From contig CAXXKA010000002.1 in assembly GCA_963668625.2 (NCBI GenBank), positions 1 to 44,562 of the forward strand: DNA of 44,562 nucleotides, written 5' to 3'. A model generated the notes under the pieces. The model worked only from the letters and a program-made list of their open reading frames with translations, ran no database searches and was not told the origin of the DNA. The DNA is from an uncultured candidate division Zixibacteria bacterium. Lineage in GTDB: Bacteria; Zixibacteria; MSB-5A5; UBA10806; 4484-95. Positions 38,586 through 44,562 of the stretch are shown piece by piece; position 1 is the stretch's first letter, and each line of letters starts with the position of its first letter. The position numbers and the translations under genes were made by a program.

Positions 38586-39080
38586 CTATTTTGAATTGTC
38601 CGATTTTTCAGTAGTTTCCAACATTGCTTCTAATAGGAGCTTATATGCGTTAATGTAATGATCCAATATTTTCCCGACATTCATGAAGAGAACTTCTGAA
38701 TCTGCATAAGTTCTTTTTAGGTCATCTGGGAATAACTCAAGCAGGTACAATCGACCTTCAGTGTAATCAAGTCTATCATAGTAGGTATCTTCAGCATAGG
38801 ATTTATAGTTCTCGGCATCTGTAAGCGTTCTCGTTTTGAGTGCGGCATCTCGGAGTTTTTCAAGTTTCTCCAGGCTGAATTTGTCATATCTGGGAATGTC
38901 CAGGCATAAGTTGTCATCTTCTTCATCAGTTTCCATGCCACCTTCGTAGGGATAAACTGCATCAGCCTCATATGCCTCGTCAATTTTGCGATTAATGTAA
39001 TCAGGACCAACATTGTCTCCATCAAAGTAATCGAAGAGAGTTATCTTGGGCTTAAGTTTGTCATTTTTGTTTATATTCAT
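38586..39080 (-). CDS. Hypothetical protein, acidic member of the island paralog family
   Basis: LCLDIPRYDKFSLEKL...R...A......A.D.Y..R..Y aligns in register with the 40178 and 40652 proteins; RBS AAAGGA. Confidence 0.75.
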   Translation of the reverse strand: MNINKNDKLKPKITLFDYFDGDNVGPDYINRKIDEAYEADAVYPYEGGMETDEEDDNLCLDIPRYDKFSLEKLEKLRDAALKTRTLTDAENYKSYAEDTYYDRLDYTEGRLYLLELFPDDLKRTYADSEVLFMNVGKILDHYINAYKLLLEAMLETTEKSDNSK

Positions 39081-39101
39081 TTAACATTTCCTTTCTATTA
39101 A

Positions 39102-39139
39102 AGCCCCGTCGCCGTATAGAACAGCGACGCGGGCGAGCT
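39102..39139 (-). repeat. Conserved intergenic GC-rich hairpin, copy 1
   Basis: Core 39111-39137 matches 40139-40165 at 22 of 27 positions; folds on the minus strand around GTTCTAT. Confidence 0.7.
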
Positions 39140-39154
39140 AATGTTACAATGTTC

Positions 39155-40111
39155 TTATTTCTTAAATGTCTGTGAAAATCCCCGCTCAAGAGAAATAACG
39201 ATAGCATCGCGAGTAAACCTGTAGATTTTCTGGAAATAATCGAGCGCGTTTTTCCATCCCGCCTGAACGGATTCATCAGAGACATTCCCTCCATCCGGTG
39301 ACTCAAATTTGGCTCTACTTAACAGGAGATGAGTCCAAATTTGGAGATACTGAAATGAAAAGAAGGCATAATCTTCCAGGGCTTCTTCTGAATGCAAGGT
39401 CTCTGACCTGAGTCGAAGATGACTCAAATCATCGAAAACAAATAACATATACCTTGAAAGAATAATAACCTTCCTGCCGCCAAGTTCCGTAATCACACCT
39501 TGCTTATCCAGTTGCTGATGCCTTTTTACTATTTCCGGTCCACCCAGTTTGATTGTGTCATTAAATGATTCAAGCGGTATTGCTATGGTGGCACAATCTG
39601 TATCTTCAACGGGTTGCTCTAGTTCTGTAACAGGCTGTAGGGCTTTTCCTTCAAGTATATTATCCCTGTTTTGCGAGAGGTTGATTCCGAACGAGGTTTG
39701 CAATGCAATCAGTAGATGGCCGAAAATATCATGATATTCGTTTATCTGCTCATTAAGCATTCTCCGAAAATCATCAACGTAATCTTGGCTTTCAAAGTCT
39801 GCGCCGGATAAGTCAACCGCCGCTAGATAGTAGAACCAAGAACGTAGATAGCCGAAAGATCGAAAAGCATAATGGATAATGCTTTCATGTGAATCGGCCA
39901 TAGAAGCGTCAACAGCGAGTTTGCCTAAATCATCTTCAATGAACCTTCCAAACTTTTTAGCCGAAATTAGTTCTTCCGAGCCAACTTCAAATATCAGGCC
40001 GGCTTCAATTAAATCTTGGCGAAGATGTTCCACTTCGGTCTTTTCCCAGCCGAGCATTTCAGTAAATAGTCTCAAGGCTACCGAAAATTCGTTTGTATTA
40101 GAATTATTCAT
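39155..40111 (-). CDS. Hypothetical protein with two tandem copies of the island paralog domain
   Basis: Gap-free internal repeat: G.I.E.G....I......F..DDL..L...S.E...YAF.SF.YL..W occurs twice. Confidence 0.8.
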   Translation of the reverse strand: MNNSNTNEFSVALRLFTEMLGWEKTEVEHLRQDLIEAGLIFEVGSEELISAKKFGRFIEDDLGKLAVDASMADSHESIIHYAFRSFGYLRSWFYYLAAVDLSGADFESQDYVDDFRRMLNEQINEYHDIFGHLLIALQTSFGINLSQNRDNILEGKALQPVTELEQPVEDTDCATIAIPLESFNDTIKLGGPEIVKRHQQLDKQGVITELGGRKVIILSRYMLFVFDDLSHLRLRSETLHSEEALEDYAFFSFQYLQIWTHLLLSRAKFESPDGGNVSDESVQAGWKNALDYFQKIYRFTRDAIVISLERGFSQTFKK

Positions 40112-40130
40112 GTTTTTTATCTTATTGTTT

Positions 40131-40166
40131 AGCCCGCTGCCGGATAGAACGGCGATGCGAGCGGGT
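40131..40166 (-). repeat. Conserved intergenic GC-rich hairpin, copy 2
   Basis: Minus strand CCCGCT-cgcatc-GCCG-TTCTATC-CGGC-AGCGGG. Confidence 0.7.
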
Positions 40167-40177
40167 AAAAAATTCTA

Positions 40178-40648
40178 CTACTGTTTTTCTGAAGTCTTCC
40201 TGGTGGATTGGTCGCGCTTTTTGGATTTCAGATCGATTTGGAGCTGACAGGCGAGAAGAAAACGTTCAGCTATTTCCCTGAATTTTAAAGAAACAACTTT
40301 AAATTGACACCTCAATTCCACTATGTCGGCATCCTCATCACAGAGAAATTTATGACGAAGCTGATGTAGATATTCATGGCGCGTATGGAAGAAATCGAAG
40401 GCTTCAAGCCAGTGCTTAGAAGCATCATCTTCATCTTGGGCTGTCTGAACTTTAAATCTATCCTCATCAAGAAATTTCAGGATGAAGTCATCGTATTTCG
40501 AGAAATCAACGACTTTTTCGCCATTAACTATCTTAATCGCGCGGGCTTTATTCATCCATTTTTCAATACCGTCAAAGCGCTCCCGATCTTGATGTTCGTG
40601 GCCATAGACTTCCAGCAAAATCGATTTATCATTTGTCATTTTTAACAC
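40178..40648 (-). CDS. Hypothetical protein, island paralog family
   Basis: Gap-free alignment to 40652-41128 over about 105 aa, roughly one third identical by hand count. Confidence 0.8.
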   Translation of the reverse strand: MLKMTNDKSILLEVYGHEHQDRERFDGIEKWMNKARAIKIVNGEKVVDFSKYDDFILKFLDEDRFKVQTAQDEDDASKHWLEAFDFFHTRHEYLHQLRHKFLCDEDADIVELRCQFKVVSLKFREIAERFLLACQLQIDLKSKKRDQSTRKTSEKQ

Positions 40649-40651
40649 CTT

Positions 40652-41128
40652 TTATAGATAATATTGGTTTACGTTAATTGTTTTTTTGACCTTGGCCAAT
40701 TCGTCCTTATTTGGTTCAGCTTGAAAGAAGGATTCATAGGCCAGTACCAACCGCTGAGTTAATTCCCCGAAATTGACAGCCGCAGTATTGAATATAAGCT
40801 TCATGTTCTCGACATTTTCATCCCTTGCTTCCATATATTCCTCTCGAGTACGATCCAGGTATGCATAACGGGTGTTGAAAATATCAAAAGCCTTAGCGAT
40901 ATGGATGGCAGCTGAAGAGAAATCATAACTTACCTGAATTTGATTTCTTTCATTGTCGAGAGCTTTCAAAATCGCGGCATCGAATTTTAAAATATCGATG
41001 TATTGTTTTCCGTCGATAATAGTTAAAGCTCCGGCTTCTTTAATCCAACCGATTAGGCGTTTACGAAGATCGGTGTCCTCTTTTTGGGGACAGTAATTAT
41101 CAATTAAAGTTAAATTGTGTTTTTTCAT
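40652..41128 (-). CDS. Hypothetical protein, island paralog family
   Basis: WIKEAGALTIIDG...ILKALD.ER...AFDIFNTR..YL matches the neighbouring gene. Confidence 0.8.
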   Translation of the reverse strand: MKKHNLTLIDNYCPQKEDTDLRKRLIGWIKEAGALTIIDGKQYIDILKFDAAILKALDNERNQIQVSYDFSSAAIHIAKAFDIFNTRYAYLDRTREEYMEARDENVENMKLIFNTAAVNFGELTQRLVLAYESFFQAEPNKDELAKVKKTINVNQYYL

Positions 41129-41206
41129 TTTGACCTTCTGTGTTAGGGATTTGCCAGGCGCGCTTTTCGGTTGCGCCTGGGTTAAGAGTCAACATCGACA
41201 TACTGG

Positions 41207-41719
41207 TTATTCTCCTACAGCTGAATCATCAGATTTTTCGATTTCGGTAGATCTGACTTCAAGCTCAGCGGCCCTTTGCGCTAGAATCTGTTTCTGACGC
41301 TGCTGTGCCTTTTTCAAATTCTCGCGATGCCGATCAAGTTCAACCTCCAATTTACTGATCTCACCGCTGAGAATATATTTCTCATTGTCAGTGGCTGCAT
41401 CTCTATAGAGTGCCTGTTTAGCTCGGAGTTTGCGCTCCTTTATCCTGATAGATTCGGGTAGACGCTTGAGATTCGAGTTGACGATTCCAAGCTGATCAGT
41501 CTCTGCAAGGGTTTTACCGGTATTTTTGTGCGATGAAAGCTGAGACTGCGCGGCTTTCATCAAGTGTTCATCCCAATCCTCTACGCAGATATGTGGAGTT
41601 CCTGCGATTTCCAAAAGGATGTTTGCTTTACGAGCCTCCTCGGTTAACTTATCAATGTCAGAATATCCGCGCGTATCGGCAAGTTGTTGGGCAGTTAGTA
41701 TTGTTCTGGTTGGTTTCAA
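41207..41719 (-). CDS. Xis/MerR-like winged-helix N-terminus plus coiled coil
   Basis: TTG start with RBS GGAGG; ILTAQQLADTRGYS...ARKANILLEIAGTPHICVEDWDEHL, then a heptad-rich C-terminus. Confidence 0.7.
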   Translation of the reverse strand: MKPTRTILTAQQLADTRGYSDIDKLTEEARKANILLEIAGTPHICVEDWDEHLMKAAQSQLSSHKNTGKTLAETDQLGIVNSNLKRLPESIRIKERKLRAKQALYRDAATDNEKYILSGEISKLEVELDRHRENLKKAQQRQKQILAQRAAELEVRSTEIEKSDDSAVGE

Positions 41720-42108
41720 ATTAAACCTCCTTAGCCTAAAATTGAAATTTTGAATTTAACAGATGAAGTTTATTGATCTCGTTTCACCTCCCTTCGAGCG
41801 CAGCTTACTATATATAGGTTAATCCTAACTGCGTAATAGAACAGATACGAGACTATGGTGGCGATATTAAATTCTCAATGAACCTTAAAAAATCTAGCGA
41901 AATATAAATGGGGGAAGGAAGTTTCTGGTTAAATCAACGTGGATCAACCATTATCTACTTCATTGCAAGATACGGAGTTATATTTATATTTTACTGTTGA
42001 TTTATTGCGATTATTCGGATTTTGAATATACGCTGGAAAAATAATGTGAATATGTGTTGAGGAAATTTGTTATGAGTCAGAATAATGGATTAACAATATA
42101 GCTTATTA

Positions 42109-44013
42109 CTAAATATCTTTTACTACCGCTGCTTTTAGGGAAGGATTCAAGTTATAGACCCCTGTTATATTAGGATTATTAACAACTAACTTGCCCAATT
42201 CGCCCGATTGATCAAATTTCATATTAATCTCACTAACATAACCTTTTTTTCTTTCATTGATGGGATCGTCCCACCAACCTATTTTATCGAGTTTTGCTTT
42301 TGGTATACTACACCATGCACACACCTTGTTGAATTCACTAAATTCTTTCATCTGGTCGAAATCCTTGTCTAGCCAGTCAATTTCATCATTTAATCTCTCT
42401 AAAAAAAGAAATAATAGTAAGCTGAATTGCATGTTGGTTCGTTTATTGAATTTAAGTGTGATGTTTTGCGTAGGATCGTTTTTATGTATCAAATCGAATT
42501 CGGGAATCGCATAATGACGTTTGTCAATTTTAACTTTGATTGTGCAATATTCAGAGATCGGAAGTCCAATTTTCTCTGTTTCTATGTCTGCTTCGGCGAC
42601 ACCGGTTATTTCTATATTCGGTTCGCCTAATGATAGATTATAAATTCTAACTAATTCGCGATAGGCTTTTTGAGAATTTATAATTGCAAATTCTTCATAC
42701 CGTTTTATATCGTATCCTTCTTTTCCGTTTTCATCTACGTCATATAAAACCATTATTAAAAAGGGAAAAGATACCACTGAAGAAATATCATAAATTTCTC
42801 CAGAAATATAATTTTTTGAATTTAAATAATCCACAAAACCATGAAGATTGAATAGGTGCAAAAGGGAGTTCAATAATATTGTTTCTTGAGGGAGTTTATC
42901 TTTTTTCGCATGAAAAATATTTAGAAAATTAACTTCAATATCAGTCGGGGCCAAAATTACTGAATCATCAAAAATATGCTGATTATTTTTTAAGTCAGCG
43001 TAGGAAAGCAGATATCTATCAATCTCGCCGTATAACTGTCTATAGTTCCCTACCCATGGATTTACTTTTAACCAATATCTGATTAGTTCTGCTGAAAAAA
43101 CTACGTCGACAATATCTCTTTTATATGCTTGGAAAGCTATTAATAACGGAATGTTATTTCTGAAATATCTCAAGGGGAAACGAATTAATGTGAGTTTAGT
43201 AATTTCGTAATAGAAATCGCTCCTAATATTTTCCATTTCTTCTTTAATAAAAGCGTTAGTGGCAAAAATAATTCGGCAATTAGAAGTATTATTCTTAGTA
43301 TCTCCTAACCTGCTAAATACGCCATTCTTTATATATCTTATAAGCCCATTTTGACATTTAGGTCCTAGATCCTTCAGCTCATCGATAAATAATGTTCCGC
43401 CTTTTATAGAACTTAAAGCCCCAGCAAAATCTTTAACCGCTTCGGGATATGATCCTTTAAGGTGCCCGAATATTTGACTATAAATCGTATTATCTGACAA
43501 TCCTTTGCAATTGATAATTTTAAATGGCATTGTATTCCATGGGCTTGTTTTATGAATTACTTCAGCTATTAATTCTTTCTCAGTGCCAGTTTCACCAAAT
43601 ATTAATAGTGGTGTTCTGGTATTGGTTATCTGCTCAAGGTTAATGAACATGTCAATTGCTTCAAAAATATCCGTTATGAATAGCCCATTTTTAAAATATT
43701 TTTGTACAAATTTCAAATATGTTGATAGATACTCTCTGGGTATTAATCCATTCTCTAACTTGTACTGATTGAGGCTATTTTCTATTTTTTTTAAATTAAT
43801 AATTTTAAAGCAGTCGAAATCACTGGCTAGATCATCAGGCTTTAGTTTAAAGCCCGGATCCCAGTTTTGGTATAATACGAGCCATAATAGGTTTTCGTAA
43901 GTAATTGATAAATTTATCTTTGTATATTCTGTGCCTATTAATATATCATCTTCATAATTAATCCCCGCATCAGCACATACTTCTTTTATCAACTTGTCAC
44001 AATCGAACTTCAA
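42109..44013 (-). CDS. Degenerate sigma-54-activator-like AAA+ protein with large unknown flanking domains
   Basis: LLIFGETGTEKE, PFKIINC, SQIFGHLKGSYPEA, GGTLFIDEL, RIIFATN, WVGNYRQL; very AT-rich; no Fis HTH after the AAA+ domain. Confidence 0.8.
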   Translation of the reverse strand: MKFDCDKLIKEVCADAGINYEDDILIGTEYTKINLSITYENLLWLVLYQNWDPGFKLKPDDLASDFDCFKIINLKKIENSLNQYKLENGLIPREYLSTYLKFVQKYFKNGLFITDIFEAIDMFINLEQITNTRTPLLIFGETGTEKELIAEVIHKTSPWNTMPFKIINCKGLSDNTIYSQIFGHLKGSYPEAVKDFAGALSSIKGGTLFIDELKDLGPKCQNGLIRYIKNGVFSRLGDTKNNTSNCRIIFATNAFIKEEMENIRSDFYYEITKLTLIRFPLRYFRNNIPLLIAFQAYKRDIVDVVFSAELIRYWLKVNPWVGNYRQLYGEIDRYLLSYADLKNNQHIFDDSVILAPTDIEVNFLNIFHAKKDKLPQETILLNSLLHLFNLHGFVDYLNSKNYISGEIYDISSVVSFPFLIMVLYDVDENGKEGYDIKRYEEFAIINSQKAYRELVRIYNLSLGEPNIEITGVAEADIETEKIGLPISEYCTIKVKIDKRHYAIPEFDLIHKNDPTQNITLKFNKRTNMQFSLLLFLFLERLNDEIDWLDKDFDQMKEFSEFNKVCAWCSIPKAKLDKIGWWDDPINERKKGYVSEINMKFDQSGELGKLVVNNPNITGVYNLNPSLKAAVVKDI

Positions 44014-44562
44014 TTTTCTTTATCTCCGATGATAGTATTATTTTAGTGAAATATAACCCCATTCTTCCCCAAATGTCTATCCAATTCTATCAATTTTAAT
44101 TAACATATAGTTTCCAAATATCATCAAAACTATGCAATTTGAAATGTTTATCCTGTGAATACCATCGAAGCCTTCCAAGCTTCTATCAGTGAGCTACCAA
44201 TTTTAGGAAAGGATTTTGCCTCAAGTTTGAGAATCTATAAGTCGTTGTCATTCTTCTAAATAGATCGCGACTTATGCTGTCCTCTATGAAATGTTACCAT
44301 CTACCAACGACTTACAGGAATTGCCGATCCGGTTCAAAGTGCCCCAAAATATTTCAAACCCCTCAGAGGGCAAATTTCGAGTTGATATAAAAGACACGCT
44401 AAAGAATGAAAAAAAATATCGGATTCATATTTACGACTGGCCCAGCAAATGCATCAGCCTCAACAACTTCTAATGAGTTTGTTAAGTATTTAACCTGCTG
44501 AAATAAAATAAGTTATGGTATTTTTTCGCTTGACTTTAGAGACTAAGAATGTTATATTATTT

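Larger units (their letters stand above)
36149..44562. mobile_element. Integrative element (island, satellite or prophage remnant) at the tRNA-Sec 3' end; continues past the window
   Basis: Tyrosine integrase and Xis-like gene immediately downstream of the tRNA; arm-type repeats; co-oriented unknown genes; drop in GC. I saw no second att copy in the window. Confidence 0.8.

Noticed and set aside
39061-39306. 81-aa minus-strand ORF spanning hairpin copy 1, and ORFs 38717-39025 and 37782-38018
   Set aside because: Out-of-frame overlaps with better-supported genes on the same strand.
39102-40166. CRISPR repeats or integron attC sites
   Set aside because: Only two copies 1 kb apart, no cas genes, no RYYYAAC/GTTRRRY ends, and the integrase looks phage-type rather than IntI.
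44291-44473. 60-aa plus-strand ORF
   Set aside because: No RBS or recognisable motif; cannot be supported.
36149-44562. Complete prophage
   Set aside because: No capsid, terminase, tail, primase or lysis genes are visible in the window; the element class cannot be fixed.

Overview
The window comes from a diderm anaerobe: it has TolC, c-type multiheme cytochromes, a sigma-54 activator, bacillithiol genes and tRNA-Sec. A Zixibacteria/FCB-like origin is only my guess. Left to right: (1) a frameshifted ECF sigma factor with a zinc anti-sigma and its own ECF-type promoter; (2) a sigma-54-driven operon encoding a NifX-fusion protein, a rearranged Hmc-like membrane redox complex (HmcF/E/B/C-like, the last fused to a 6-heme cytochrome) and a Cys-PAS two-component module, next to an OrpR-like PAS Fe-S activator and its candidate enhancer sites; (3) a hybrid multi-PAS kinase with an Asp-to-Asn pseudo-receiver; (4) an OgdA/SsaD-like ThDP decarboxylase and succinate-semialdehyde dehydrogenase pair; (5) nth, corA, a redoxin, then a TolC/MFP/RND pump directly followed by bshC-bshA-bshB1; (6) a lone AT-rich OLD-like ATPase-Toprim gene; (7) a MacAB-type exporter; (8) a tRNA-Sec with an apparent 12-bp acceptor branch (7/5 plus bulged C), followed by an integrative element running off the right edge. 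The element holds a tyrosine integrase, an Xis-like gene, YkgJ, an array of four unannotated genes carrying five diverged copies of one domain (plus a partial sixth), a repeated intergenic hairpin, and a degenerate sigma-54-activator-like ATPase. This paralog array is the best candidate for an undescribed system. Five single-base frameshifts (three in the sigma gene, one each in RND and bshC) suggest indel errors in the assembly. All alignments and folds were done by eye.
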